64,000 bases of DNA from an uncultured delta proteobacterium (GTDB lineage: Bacteria > Desulfobacterota > Desulfobacteria > Desulfobacterales > Desulfatirhabdiaceae), in NCBI GenBank assembly GCA_963789395.1, contig CAWBKP010000022.1:192001-256000 (forward strand), in the 5' to 3' direction. Below are positions 11,289-22,940 of the stretch, in pieces. The notes beneath the pieces are model-generated. The model ran no database searches, was not told the origin of the DNA, and was given only the letters and a program-made list of their open reading frames with translations. The position numbers and the translations under genes were made by a program. Numbering within the stretch: position 1 is the stretch's first letter; every line of letters begins with the position of its first letter.

Positions 11289-11350
11289 GTACAAAACGGA
11301 TTGCAGACGACAGAAGCGGAAAAAAATACCCGCTATCTGCGGTCTATTTC

Positions 11351-12274
11351 TTATAGAATTCTTCTTCCCATACTTGAGGCCACAAGCTCTGTGGCGAGCC
11401 TGGCGCTGATGTTCCGGTTGTCAAGAATGGGGTTGACCTCGGCGATATCCAGAGACGACATGCAGCCGCATTCGGCGATGGTTTCCATAATCAGATGGAC
11501 TTCCCGGTAAGTCAACCCTCCGGCAACTGGCGTTCCGACACCTGCGGCTACGGAAGGATCCACACTGTCCAGATCAAAGCTGACATGAATATGATCCATA
11601 TGGCCAAGGGTCTGTAGAATATTTCGAATCGTCGCATGCGCCCCATTCCGGTCAATATCGCTCATGGTGTGGACGGAAAGCTGAAGTGTTTTGACAATTT
11701 CTTTTTCAAGCGGGTCAATTTTTCGAATGCCGATCAGCGCACAGCAGGACGGCTGAACTTTGGGGGCAAATCCCAGAATATGCGTCAACGCGTTGTCTCC
11801 GAGCCCCAGAGATACAGCCATTGCCATGCCGTGAATATTTCCGGATGGCGTGGTTTTTTCGGTGTTCATATCGGTGTGAGCGTCAATCCATATCACGCCG
11901 CATGTCCGGTGGATACTGCGGCAATACGCGGAAACCCCGGCTATCGATCCAATTGCCATGGAATGATCCCCGCCGATGCATAAGGGGAAATGCCCATTCT
12001 GAAGTGATTGTTCCACCTTCTCAGCCAGAAGGCAGGAGGTTCTGACAATTTCATCCTGATATTTCAGTTTTGGATTGATGATTTTCTGCCGTTCTTTGGA
12101 AAGAATGGGAATATCGCCAAGATCCTGAACATGGTAACCCAGAATTTCCAGCTCTGACGCCATTCCGGCAATGCGGATGGCGGACGGTCCCATGTCCACG
12201 CCCCGCCGGTTCGCGCCGAGATCCATGGGAAAGCCGATCAGGTCGATACTTTTTTTAAAAGATTCCATGGGCAT
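11351..12274 (-). CDS. rocF: Arginase
   Basis: DLGANRRGVDMGPSAIR, GGDHS, WIDAHTDMNT...SGNIHGM, SFDLDSVDP, GTPVAGGLTYRE, EVNP. Confidence 0.92.
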   Translation of the reverse strand: MPMESFKKSIDLIGFPMDLGANRRGVDMGPSAIRIAGMASELEILGYHVQDLGDIPILSKERQKIINPKLKYQDEIVRTSCLLAEKVEQSLQNGHFPLCIGGDHSMAIGSIAGVSAYCRSIHRTCGVIWIDAHTDMNTEKTTPSGNIHGMAMAVSLGLGDNALTHILGFAPKVQPSCCALIGIRKIDPLEKEIVKTLQLSVHTMSDIDRNGAHATIRNILQTLGHMDHIHVSFDLDSVDPSVAAGVGTPVAGGLTYREVHLIMETIAECGCMSSLDIAEVNPILDNRNISARLATELVASSMGRRIL

Positions 12275-12367
12275 CCTCCCATTTGCATAAGGTATTCAGG
12301 CTGACGGATATAAGAGTGGTTATAAACCATTAACCAGGCATCGTCCTTACGATTCCCGGGCGCTAGG

Positions 12368-15052
12368 TTAAAACGTGTATCCGATAGAAATGTGAAATCG
12401 CCCCGGAGACTCACCCGGTTCGCGATCCAGTTTGAATCCGTAAAGCAGACCAACCGGGCCTATGGGTGTCACATACCTGAGGCCAAGACCCACGGAAGTT
12501 CTGAAGCCGTTTGCTATGTTACTTGCCTGATATTGAGATAGGTTCCCTGCATCCGTAAAAATACATAACTCGATCTGGTTGCCAAGGTCAATTCTGGCTT
12601 CAACCGATCCGGATGTTGACGAAAGACCGCCAACCGGCTGATTGTTGGTATCGTATCGGAGCATGTTTTCATCAAATCCCCTGACGGTGGTTGAACCGCC
12701 CAGGTAAAAAAGCTGATCATCGGCGATGACCTGATCCGTATTCATCGGATCGATATATCCCCATCTGGCGGAACAGGCAAGGGTGAGGCGGTTCAGCGGC
12801 GTGATATAATATCTGGCATCGAATCGGTATCTGATGAAATTATCCAGATCGCCGTCAATCCCCCTGGAAAGATCGACATATCCGGCTGCAAAAACGCCTT
12901 TGCGGGGTCTGACAAACGAATCCCGGGTATCATATTGCAGCATGGGCGTTAACTTCATCAGGCTTCTGGAGTCAAGTCCGTTTGTCGCCGAATAAATCGA
13001 CGGGTAGGTCTGATAGTATAAAACGGTATTTTCATAAAGGTGTCGCTGCTCGGCATTGAACGCAATACCGGCTCTGACATAATTTTCCCATTTGCGGGAA
13101 AAAGCCAGAGAAGAGCCCAGAACGCGGACCCCGAAGCTCTGGTTGAAATAAGACTGATCCTCGGCATACCCCAGTGCATTGGCGGAAATACGGCTTCCCA
13201 TAAACCTGGGTTCGGTCAAGCCAGTCTCGCCCTTGTATCCGATCTGGCTGATTTCAGTTTCGGCCCAGGCTTTGATGTTTGACCCCTGAAAATTGCGGTC
13301 TTCCAGGCGGGTATGGGCAAAGGCGCCTTTTTCGGTTTCATAGCCGAAGCCGGCATCCAGGACGTATGGTTTGGCCTCTTCAACCGCAATGATCAAATTG
13401 ACCCGGTCCGCCATCTCTTTCAGCCCGCAGGATTGAAACTGTACGGATCGGATGATCTCCATGTTCCGAATGTTCTTCTGGCTTTGGAGCAGTTTTTTCA
13501 GGGAGAACGGATCTCCGGTTTTGATCTCCATTTCATTTTTTAAAATCTCCTCCCGGATGGTGAAATTGCCGGATACGATCACATCTCCCATCACCACATA
13601 ATTGCCTTCCTCGATCCGGTATGCAATATTTGCCTGAAACGGGTCGTCCGGAAAATTCACCTGCGCCTGAACCTGTACATGGGGGTGACCGGTTTCAGAA
13701 ATCAGTTCCGTTAGTTTGTTTTTGTCATTTTCAAGATTGCCCTCGAAAAAAGGGCTTCCGGTTTTCATACTGAGCGCGTCAAGGGCGGCTTGCTTGGAAA
13801 TTGAATGCAGTCCGGTAATCGTGATTTCAGAGACAATGGCCTGCTTCCCCTCATGGACTGTGAATAGAATATCCGCCTGGGTCCGATCCGGGGTCAGTGA
13901 AACATCCGGGGTGATTTCGATGTTTCGAAATCCCTTGCTGAAGTACAATGCATCAATTGCCTGTACATCCTCATTCAGGGTTTCCTGAACCAGAACACCG
14001 GGCTGGAAAATTTTTCCGGGCTGAGAAAGGATCTGTTTCTCGATTTCGGTTGTGGGCAGGGCATTGTTGCCGACGATTTTTATGCCGTCGATCCGGGTTT
14101 TTACCCCTTCATCGATGGTGATGATGAAGACTTTTTCATCGTTGGCTTCTGCGGAAGGAAAGGGTTTTTCACGGATATGAATCTGCGGTTCCAGATAGCC
14201 GGCCTTCTGATACCGGGACTTGATTTTGCGGATACTTCGCTTGATGCTGATGTCATTTATTTTTCCATCTTCCAGGAAAACCAGATCGGTTTTCAGCGCG
14301 GCAGCTGAAAACGCCTCATTGCCCTCCCATTCAAACCGATAATGCGCGCCTTCGGACACGGATATATCCAGGTCGGCCTGATAGGGCTGTTCCGGGAAAG
14401 TCTTTATTTGATAGGCTAGATTTACATCCAGATATCCGTGTTCCCGGTATAGCGCCGCAAGAGTATGCATGTCTTTCTGAATTTCGGCATCGACAATGCG
14501 GCCTGAAACGCCCGGCAATAAGGCCTTTTTCCAGGTGGTCATCCGGGTTTTAAGCCTGAAGGCAGAAAACACATGGATTCCGGTGAACCGAATATGTTGA
14601 AGATGGAGATAATGACCTTTGTCCAAATTCACCTGGATAATATAATGCTCCAAAGAGCTTCCATCTGATGGTTCCAGAACCGCCTGAACCGTTACGGACG
14701 GATGAATAAACCCCTTTTTCTCCAGATAGGATTCGAGCAGGGACTGCTGTTTGGACAGGAGGTTTTGATCCAGGACAGTGCCGACATAAAGTGTCATGGC
14801 GCTCAGAATATCCCGTTCATACAGGGGAAATGCGCCGTGTATCCGTATGTCTTTTATCCGTCCGCCGTTATCCTGGGAAAAGCAGGAAGGTTCTTCGGGA
14901 AATGAACCGGCAAGGACTGCTTGAAAAGATGATAAAATCAGGCAGCAGATGATCATCATGGCTGGAGCGATCCTCTTTCCTGCTTTCCCGATGCCCAATA
15001 TCTTCCGCTGTCTGGCACCTGTCAACTGTCCATGCTTTTTAACGGAATTCAT
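12368..15052 (-). CDS. Omp85-family outer membrane assembly protein (BamA/TamA-like, multiple POTRA domains)
   Basis: Repeated POTRA-like units; FYLGGSTTVRGF; GLGLRYVTPIGPV; C-terminal ISIGYTF. Confidence 0.88.
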   Translation of the reverse strand: MNSVKKHGQLTGARQRKILGIGKAGKRIAPAMMIICCLILSSFQAVLAGSFPEEPSCFSQDNGGRIKDIRIHGAFPLYERDILSAMTLYVGTVLDQNLLSKQQSLLESYLEKKGFIHPSVTVQAVLEPSDGSSLEHYIIQVNLDKGHYLHLQHIRFTGIHVFSAFRLKTRMTTWKKALLPGVSGRIVDAEIQKDMHTLAALYREHGYLDVNLAYQIKTFPEQPYQADLDISVSEGAHYRFEWEGNEAFSAAALKTDLVFLEDGKINDISIKRSIRKIKSRYQKAGYLEPQIHIREKPFPSAEANDEKVFIITIDEGVKTRIDGIKIVGNNALPTTEIEKQILSQPGKIFQPGVLVQETLNEDVQAIDALYFSKGFRNIEITPDVSLTPDRTQADILFTVHEGKQAIVSEITITGLHSISKQAALDALSMKTGSPFFEGNLENDKNKLTELISETGHPHVQVQAQVNFPDDPFQANIAYRIEEGNYVVMGDVIVSGNFTIREEILKNEMEIKTGDPFSLKKLLQSQKNIRNMEIIRSVQFQSCGLKEMADRVNLIIAVEEAKPYVLDAGFGYETEKGAFAHTRLEDRNFQGSNIKAWAETEISQIGYKGETGLTEPRFMGSRISANALGYAEDQSYFNQSFGVRVLGSSLAFSRKWENYVRAGIAFNAEQRHLYENTVLYYQTYPSIYSATNGLDSRSLMKLTPMLQYDTRDSFVRPRKGVFAAGYVDLSRGIDGDLDNFIRYRFDARYYITPLNRLTLACSARWGYIDPMNTDQVIADDQLFYLGGSTTVRGFDENMLRYDTNNQPVGGLSSTSGSVEARIDLGNQIELCIFTDAGNLSQYQASNIANGFRTSVGLGLRYVTPIGPVGLLYGFKLDREPGESPGRFHISIGYTF

Positions 15053-18000
15053 GGCGAAATTTCACTTCTCCCCCGATTACCCCCCGGGTGTCCTGGAATC
15101 CGCTGAAAAGAATATTTTCGATGAACATGTATTCAGTGATGGTGCGCTGAAATGTTACGCCGCCCCTGCTCTCAACCGAATATTTCACCGTGATTCGCGG
15201 AGAAATAATTTTTCCGAATGTCACCTTCAAGGGATCATCATTCACATAACGGCTTTCACCGGTCGAATCCACTTCCAGAATATCCAGTCCGGATGCTTTT
15301 TTCAGATCGCTGCCGATAGAAGCGGACAGCAGATCCGCAAGCATTTTTTGTGAAGAGCCGGAACTGTTTGAGGTATTGGCGATTGTGGCCCGTGATGTTT
15401 TTCCCGTTACCAGCAGGGATAACAGATCATTGTCATCTAAAAACGGAGTGGATGACAGTTTCAGATTCAAGTTGTCCAGCGGTCCGGAGATATCCAGAAA
15501 GACGGTCCAGCTCTGGATGGCTGCCTGGCTTTGAATATCCAGAACAGATTCCAGTGTATACGGATTGGTAAAATCGATAAACCCTTTTTTGATGGTAAAT
15601 GTCGTGCTCTGGTATTGGAGGCTTCCGGAATCAATCCGGGTTCTGCCCTGGATGATGGGTCGCTGAAGGGTTCCGGTGATACGCATGTCCGGAGACAGTT
15701 TCAACTGCGCCATGTTATTGTCCACAACAAACAGGTTGCGGGGCGGAATCCGGATATCCAGAAGCGTATTCTGAATCGCTGCGGGGAAAACAATTTCCTG
15801 CCGTGCCTGAAAGCTGCGTTCACGATTGAACAGAGTTCTGAGCGGATTGATAGTCACATTTTTATAATAGAGGCCGTCCAACACGACGATCTCACCCTGA
15901 ATCGCAGGCGCCTCGGCCGTGCCCTGAAGCGTCAGATCGGCATTCAACCTGGCATCGAGCGTATCATCGATTTTGATGGGAACCAGTAATGCTGCCAGCT
16001 GAAAATCCATGGTCTGTATCCGGAAGGTGTCGATTTCAGCCTTTCCCCTGAGTGTAATGCGGCCGCTGTCCAGTTGACCTTCCAGTTGATCAACGGCTAA
16101 TGGTTTTGGGGGTGATATGTATCCGGCCGTTGATATCGTGAAGATCCTGAGAATTGTTTTCAAAGGTGAATCCTGCCTGCCGGATATCCACAACAGCCTC
16201 GATATCCGGCTTGTACCAGTGGCCTTTCATCGAAGCGGAGATGGCCAGGCTCCCGCGCAAGTCGGAAAGCGCGTCATTGAAATGTCTTGCGGCATTGATC
16301 GGGATATCGGCGTTCAGGCGAAGGGATACGCTTTCGCCTGGCCTGGCTTCGCCGCCGATATCAACGAATCCTTCCTGCAAAAGGGTCAGGCGGTTCTGGG
16401 GGATGACAATGGCTTCGTTTTGTATGCCAAGCCGCAGATGCCGTCCTTCAACCAGGGGATGCCCCGCTGCGGTCAGTGAAAGTTCCGATAACCCCGCGTC
16501 GGCCTTCAGGGTTTTCAGCGAATTGAAATTGCCGGCAGCCGAGAGGCTGCCTGAAACTGTTCCGCTAATCTCCTTCAGTCCTGCGGATTGAAAAAACGGG
16601 GCGAGCGCAATTTGAGAAAAATCCAGTTCAGCCGTATACTCCTGGGTCTGCAATTGCCAGGAAACTGCGCCTCGGATCGGGGATTGCAGCTGAAAACGGG
16701 CCCGGTCATCGGCTATCTCTAATTGAATACGGGAATGATCCCAGTTGCTTTCATAAAATCGGAATGGGTTTAAAACGATTTCTCCCTGAATCCGGGGATG
16801 ATCCAGATTCCCGTTTCCCGTAAGATTTACAAACAGTTTACCTTCTCCGGCCGGCCAGTTGACGGCCACTGCAGCGATATGATTGAGGGAGATACCGTTT
16901 GCCGCAAGCGCAACTTGAAATGTTCTGTCCAGAGAAATCCAGCCCGAGGCATCCAGGGTTTCTCCGGGCGAGACAGATGCGCGGGCTCTGGCAATATTCA
17001 GCCTGTTGTCCTTGAAATCGGCTGCCAGGTCAACGCCTGTAAATTTCTGCCGGAAGTCCTTCTGGTCCACATCCAGTTGATTGGATTGAAGGGTTGCCGT
17101 TCCCTTGAGCTGTCCCGGGGTTCCTTCCAGTTCTGCGGCCATTGAAACTTTCCCTTTAATAAAATCGAGGAAATCTTCGGCGTACAAGGCGGTTCCGGAT
17201 CCGTTCAAACGAAAGGGCATGGAGCGATGAAGCGATTGGCCGCCGGGTTCAAAAATCTGGATATTACCGGAAAAATCCGCATGTGAGCGCCGGTTCTGCA
17301 GAAACAGCCGCTTTATTTGAATCTTGCCTTCGGAAAGCTGGAATTCTCCGGTTACGTTTCCCAGCCGAACGCTCGGGGCTTCCAAACCTTTTGCCTGAAT
17401 CTTCAGGGATCCGGACAGTGAATTTATCCTTCCTTCCAGTTCGCATCTGCCATCGATGGTGCCGCGAATATCAGCAGATCTCAGAAAATCAACTGGCTGA
17501 ATCTGGCTGAAGGTCGCAGATAAAGCAAACGGTCTTTGCTGTAAGGTCGAGTCTGAATATAAGGGGAAATCGCCCTTTGCCGTCAGTTCCGAGTCTCTGG
17601 TTTTTCAGGGACAGGGACTGGATGCGAAGCATGCCAGAAGCGTCCAGTGCCGCATCCGCTCGCAGTGCGCCAAGCTGAATTTCATCATATCCCAGTCGGT
17701 TGCTTTTTAGTTTGAGGGTACATTCCGGTCGTTCCAGCGTGCCGGATACGCTGGCCTGAATACCCAGACTTCCGGATGCGCCGCGAATCCCCAGCGGTGC
17801 AAGGCTTTTGGAAAGATTGTCGGATTCACAGGTCAGATCGCCGGAAACATGGTTGTCCGATGCATTCCAGAAGCCGGTTGCCGTCAGACGGGTGGATCCT
17901 GCCTGTGCCAGGAACTGCTGAACCCGCATGCCATCACTGTCCCATCTGGCGTGTGTATTGATCCGGATATCCACGGGCATGACATCCGGATGAACTGAGA

Positions 18001-19249
18001 CCTGCGCGGCGTGAAGGTCAATGCCGATATCCGCCTTCGGTAAATGATCCGGATACCCGTTACTTTGTAATCTGAGGGTTCCGCTGACGATGCCGGCTGC
18101 GGACGGGAGAACGCTGCTCAGATGCAACGATTTTAGAAAAATTTGCAGATTGGCGGACAGTGCGGACAAATCGGCCGGAGGAAGGAATATTCCGGAAGCA
18201 AATGCCTGTTTGAGGTCAGCGTCACCGGTGATATGAATTGCTCCTTTGTCCTCAGGTTCAAAAGAGGAATCAAGTGCGATGATCCGGTCTTTGAGGCTGG
18301 TACTCATGCAAAGACGATCCAGCGAATATTCGGAAATCTTTGCCTGGGTGCTGGTCAGACTCAGGTCGGCATTCGGGTTTAACAAGGGGCCGGAAATAGT
18401 TCCGGTGATATGGGTCTGGCCGGAAAGCGCTGTTTCCAGATCCAGGCTTTGCTGAAGCAATGAAAGGTCGCTGTTCAGGGTCACGTGCAAGCTGAGCTCA
18501 GGGGCTTGCCATATTTCTGAAATGCTTCCCGACATTTCAGTATCTACACCAGGGGTTGACAGACTGAGATGCAGGGGTAGGATTTTTCCGTCTTTCAGAC
18601 TTCCTTTAAGAGAAACAGCGCCTATCAATGAGTGATAAAACGGGCTCGAAATCTCGCCGCTGCCGATACGGATATCGGTGCGTCCGGTCTGATTCAAAAA
18701 ATCAACGGAAATATCCGCATCCGTGTTTTCGATAAAAACCGACAGGTTCTCCGCGTGATCACGGTAGTGAATGCAGGCATCCGAAAGGGTTGCCTTGTCC
18801 AGGATAAATGGAAAGAAAAAACCGGATTCGGTATCCGCGGTTTCCGGATCAGAAGCTGCGATCGAAAAGATCCGTGAAAAATTCAAGGTGCCGTCGGCAT
18901 GGAGAGATGCGTTGACCCTTGGTTTTGAAAGGGTTGCGGATTGGATGTGAATCTTTCCCTGGAGCAGCTGGCCCCAGGAAAAATCGATTGAAAGATGCTC
19001 GCATGCGGCGGCTTCATTCTTCTCAGAATCAACGATGCTGAGATTCCAAATTTCAATCCGGCCCGGTATCAGGGAAAATCGGAAATTTTGAATGGAAACA
19101 GTTCCGGAAATCCGGTGATTGAGTGCATTCAGGATTTGTGTTCGAGCCAGATCGGTATGCAAATACCAGAGGGTTCCGATCCCCAGCAGGATGCACACCC
19201 CAAACACCATGGAAAGTCCCATAATGAGATATCTGAAAGGCTTTTTCAT
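15039..19249 (-). CDS. tamB: Translocation/assembly module TamB-like protein (AsmA-like N-terminus, DUF490 C-terminus), frameshifted near 16100 and 17400-17560
   Basis: N-terminal TM anchor, beta-rich repeats (SGPLLNP, GTLERPE, GNLDHPRIQG); C-terminal LSSTPFLDDNDLLSLLVTGK...GGEVKFRHEFR; overlaps the Omp85 gene start. Confidence 0.8.
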
Positions 19250-19318
19250 CGGTTTTTTGAAAAATCCACTTTTTTTGATTCTCGGTATATTGGATGGCGT
19301 GAGCGGTATGGATGGCTG

Positions 19319-20740
19319 TTACAATACAACCAGCAGACGTTCATGAATCCGGTCAAAACCGCCGTTGGACATTATGAGAATTATATCATCAGCTCTTGCT
19401 GCGGTAACCAGAAAATCTATGATGGCTTCGGTATCCGGGAAAAAATGGGCGTCAATGCCGCGGCTTTTCAGATCGCTGACAAGCAGTTCTGCGGAAAACC
19501 GCTCATGGACTGGAATTTTGTCAAGAAGCGGCGGGTTTCGGATGCACACCATATCCGCATCGTCAAAAGACAGCGGGTAATCGTTTTGAAATACCTTTCT
19601 CATGCTGGAATTGGTGCGGGGCTCAAACACGGCAATGATGCGTCCGGCCGTATAATATGATTTGACAGCGCGCAGTGTTTCCCGGACAGCCGTGGGGTGA
19701 TGGGCAAAATCATCCATAACGGTAATGCCGTTTTTACATCCGCGGACTTCCTGTCGGCGCTTCACGCCTTCAAATGTCTTGACGGCCGTGGCTATTTCCG
19801 GCAACGAAATCCCCAGGGCATCGGCCACGGCAATGGTGGAAAGCGCATTCCACAGGTTGTGCTCGCCGATCATTCGGGTCTGCAACCGGCCCCAGAATTT
19901 GCCGTTTTTCATCACGTCAAAATAAATCCAGGGCGGAGTTGCGGAATGATTCCCCAGATTCCAGTCAGAACCGGGGTCCATACCGTAAGTCAATATCCTG
20001 CACGGGCGGTTTTGAATTATTTCGCGGATTACCGGATCCTGATCGAAGGCAACCAGCGTGCTTTGCGGAGACATCCCGGAAATGAAGGAATCAAATGCGT
20101 TTTCGACGGCGGCCTGATCGCGGAAGATGTCAGCATGATCAAATTCAACGCTGGTCAGGATGGCGGCTATCGGAGCATAGTGTAGAAATTTCGGTCCCTT
20201 GTCAAAATAGGCCGTGTCGTATTCATCCCCTTCCAGCACCATGTAGGCGCCGTGGCCCACCCGGTAGTTGGCGCCGAAATTTTTCAGAATGCCGCCGATG
20301 ATATAGGTGGGGTCAAGCCCCGCACTGAAGAGAATCCAGGCCAGAAGCGCGGATGTGGTGGTCTTGCCGTGGGTGCCGGTGACAACCAGGGATTTTTTTC
20401 CCGAACCTGCAAAATGGTTGATGGCCTGGGGCATGGAGCAGAAGGGCAGATTCAGCTCCCGCATGCGGACAGCCTCTGGATTTTCTTTGCGGACGGCATT
20501 TCCCACCACCACCAGATCAATATCCGTTGTGATATGGTCCGGATCAAAGCCTTCCTGGACGGGAATGCCTTTGTCTTCAAGAAGAAGGCTGATGGGAGGA
20601 TACACGTTCTGATCGGACCCGGTAACCTGATAGCCAAGGTCTTTCAATAAACAGGCCAATGCGCCCATGCCGGTTCCGCACACGGCGATCAAATAAATCC
20701 GCCGGACATTTTCCGGAATGGGGGTTGAACCGGTACTCAC
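19319..20740 (-). CDS. mpl: Murein tripeptide ligase (UDP-MurNAc:L-Ala-gamma-D-Glu-mDAP ligase)
   Basis: IAVCGTGMG, GTHGKTTTS, EGDEYDTAYFDKGPKFLHY, EFDHADIF, DDFAHHPTA, FEPRTNS, MSNGGF. Confidence 0.92.
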   Translation of the reverse strand: MSTGSTPIPENVRRIYLIAVCGTGMGALACLLKDLGYQVTGSDQNVYPPISLLLEDKGIPVQEGFDPDHITTDIDLVVVGNAVRKENPEAVRMRELNLPFCSMPQAINHFAGSGKKSLVVTGTHGKTTTSALLAWILFSAGLDPTYIIGGILKNFGANYRVGHGAYMVLEGDEYDTAYFDKGPKFLHYAPIAAILTSVEFDHADIFRDQAAVENAFDSFISGMSPQSTLVAFDQDPVIREIIQNRPCRILTYGMDPGSDWNLGNHSATPPWIYFDVMKNGKFWGRLQTRMIGEHNLWNALSTIAVADALGISLPEIATAVKTFEGVKRRQEVRGCKNGITVMDDFAHHPTAVRETLRAVKSYYTAGRIIAVFEPRTNSSMRKVFQNDYPLSFDDADMVCIRNPPLLDKIPVHERFSAELLVSDLKSRGIDAHFFPDTEAIIDFLVTAARADDIILIMSNGGFDRIHERLLVVL

Positions 20741-22035
20741 GCGCTAAGCCCTTTAAAAACGGACTCAGCGGCGCGAACGGTCTCCTCGATATGGGTTTTG
20801 TCGTGCGCTGCGGATATAAAAAGCGCTTCAAACTGGGATGGCGCCAGATAAATCCCCTGATCCAGCATGCCGCGATAAAAAGCCGAAAACATAACCAGAT
20901 CCGCGGTCTTGGCGTCGTCGAAATTGTGGACAACGCGGTCGGTAAAAAACAGACCTGCCATCGAGCCGACCCGCCCGACTTTTGCTTTGATGCCGGTGCG
21001 GTGAATGGCGGCTTCAACGCCTTCAATCAGCATTGCGGATGCAGCGTCCAGTGACTCATAAAAACCGGGCTGTCCTATCTGCTTCAGGGTGGCGATGCCT
21101 GCAGCCATGGCCAGGGGGTTTCCGGAAAGGGTGCCGGCCTGATATACCGGACCTTGAGGGGCGATCTGCGACATGATGTCGCGTTTTCCGCCGTAAGCGC
21201 CAACCGGCAATCCACCGCCGATGATTTTCCCAAGCGTGGTCAAGTCTGGAGAAATATCATACAGGGCCTGCGCGCCGCCATGCGCCACGCGGAATCCGGT
21301 CATGACTTCATCAAAGATCAAAAGGCTGCCACACCGGCTGGTTTCGGATCTGAGAGTGGCCAGAAACCCTGGAACCGGCGGTACCATGCCCATGTTTCCT
21401 GCAACGGGTTCAACGATGACTGCCGCCACTTTCTCTCCTATGCTTTCCATGATACGGACAAATCCCACGCTGTCATTGTAGACCAGTGAAAGGGTTTGGG
21501 AAGCGACGGCGTCGGGAACGCCCGGGCTGCCGGAAATGGCAAGGGTGGCAACACCGGAGCCTGCGGAAACCAGCAGTGCATCAGCATGACCGTGATAGCA
21601 GCCGTCGAATTTAATGATAATATCCCGATTTGTGACGCCCCGTGCCAGCCGAATGGCGCTCATGGTGGCTTCGGTGCCGGAATTGACCATGCGAATCATT
21701 TCAATGGAGGGAACTGCGTCAATCACAAGCTGGGCCAGTTCAATTTCCAGATCCGTGGGGGCGCCGAAACTGGTTCCCCGTTCCAGGACGCGGCCGATGG
21801 CTTCCATCACCGCAGGATGGCGGTGGCCCAGAATCATGGGGCCCCATGAACCCACATAATCGATATAGGCGTTTCCGTCCATATCCACAATCATGCAGCC
21901 GTCGGCATGGTGGATGAATGCCGGAATCGTTCCCACGGATTTGCAGGCGCGGACCGGGCTGTTGACGCCGCCGGGAATGAGTTGCATTGCTTTTTGAAAA
22001 AGTGCATGAGAGTTGCGATAGATTTTTTCCATCAT
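20737..22035 (-). CDS. hemL: Glutamate-1-semialdehyde 2,1-aminomutase
   Basis: IPGGVNSPVRA, DYVGSWGPMILGH, NSGTEATMSAIRLARG, LGKIIGGGLPVGAYGG, YQAGTLSGNPLAM. Confidence 0.97.
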   Translation of the reverse strand: MMEKIYRNSHALFQKAMQLIPGGVNSPVRACKSVGTIPAFIHHADGCMIVDMDGNAYIDYVGSWGPMILGHRHPAVMEAIGRVLERGTSFGAPTDLEIELAQLVIDAVPSIEMIRMVNSGTEATMSAIRLARGVTNRDIIIKFDGCYHGHADALLVSAGSGVATLAISGSPGVPDAVASQTLSLVYNDSVGFVRIMESIGEKVAAVIVEPVAGNMGMVPPVPGFLATLRSETSRCGSLLIFDEVMTGFRVAHGGAQALYDISPDLTTLGKIIGGGLPVGAYGGKRDIMSQIAPQGPVYQAGTLSGNPLAMAAGIATLKQIGQPGFYESLDAASAMLIEGVEAAIHRTGIKAKVGRVGSMAGLFFTDRVVHNFDDAKTADLVMFSAFYRGMLDQGIYLAPSQFEALFISAAHDKTHIEETVRAAESVFKGLSA

Positions 22036-22044
22036 GGGTTCCTT

Positions 22045-22719
22045 TTATGCTTTCCATCCCTGTTCGCCGATCAGTTTGACAAACCGGCAGCCGCCCAGAG
22101 TTGACTGGTGGATTCCGTTTTCATCCCGGACCAGCTTGATGAGTTCTTGTGTATGGGTGTCCCCTACCGGTATGACCATCCGGCCTCCGACAGCCAGTTG
22201 ACTGACCAGGTTCGCCGGGATGCGGGGACTTCCGGCTGTGACGATGATGGCATCAAACGGACTTTCGCCAGGCCAGATGTTTGTTCCATCCGAGTACCGG
22301 GTGACAATATTGTGATACTGCAGGCTGTCGAAAAGCTGGCGGCTTTTTTTGTACAGGGCGAAAATCCGCTCGACTGTATAAACGCGATAGACAATATCAG
22401 CCAGTATGGCGGCCTGATATCCGGAGCCGGTTCCAATCTCCAGGACGCGATCGTCTTTGTTCAAGGTCAGTGCCTGTGTCATTTCAGCCACAATGAATGG
22501 CTGTGAGATGGTCTGCTGTTCTCCAATGGGAAGGGGAAAATCCCCATATGCCTGATCCATCAGCGCTTCGCTGACAAACAAATGCCGAGGGATTTTTCGC
22601 ATGGCGTTCAGAACGCGGACATCGGTAATGCCGCGGGCCTCTATCTGCCTTTTGACCATTTCTTCACGGAGACGTTCATATTTTTTTGAGTCTTTAACCA
22701 TCGGGAATCCGGACCTCAT
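22045..22719 (-). CDS. pcm: Protein-L-isoaspartate O-methyltransferase
   Basis: PRHLFV, LPIGEQQTISQPFIVAEM, VLEIGTGSGYQAAIL, PFDAIIVTA; AGAGGA RBS before 22719. Confidence 0.95.
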   Translation of the reverse strand: MRSGFPMVKDSKKYERLREEMVKRQIEARGITDVRVLNAMRKIPRHLFVSEALMDQAYGDFPLPIGEQQTISQPFIVAEMTQALTLNKDDRVLEIGTGSGYQAAILADIVYRVYTVERIFALYKKSRQLFDSLQYHNIVTRYSDGTNIWPGESPFDAIIVTAGSPRIPANLVSQLAVGGRMVIPVGDTHTQELIKLVRDENGIHQSTLGGCRFVKLIGEQGWKA

Positions 22720-22940
22720 TGCTGTTCCTCTAAACATAAACCAAACACGGGGGATAGTCGAGTTAATTTTGAAGTCAGGTAACGTACAAGATGGTTTCAG
22801 TTGCGGATAACGGTCCGGCCGATGCGTCAGCATCTGAAAAAGCGCGGGGAATGACTGTTTAAGGTGTAATAAACTTTTGGATTGTGGTAATGTTTCCGGG
22901 CTGCTCGGGCGTTTCAATCCGCACACAATGGAGGAATTGA

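Noticed and set aside
22720..22926. Long N-terminal extensions given by the ORF track for pcm (also 24718-24834, 43417-43500 and 44585-44626)
   Set aside because: Downstream ATGs have better RBSs and match the family N-termini.
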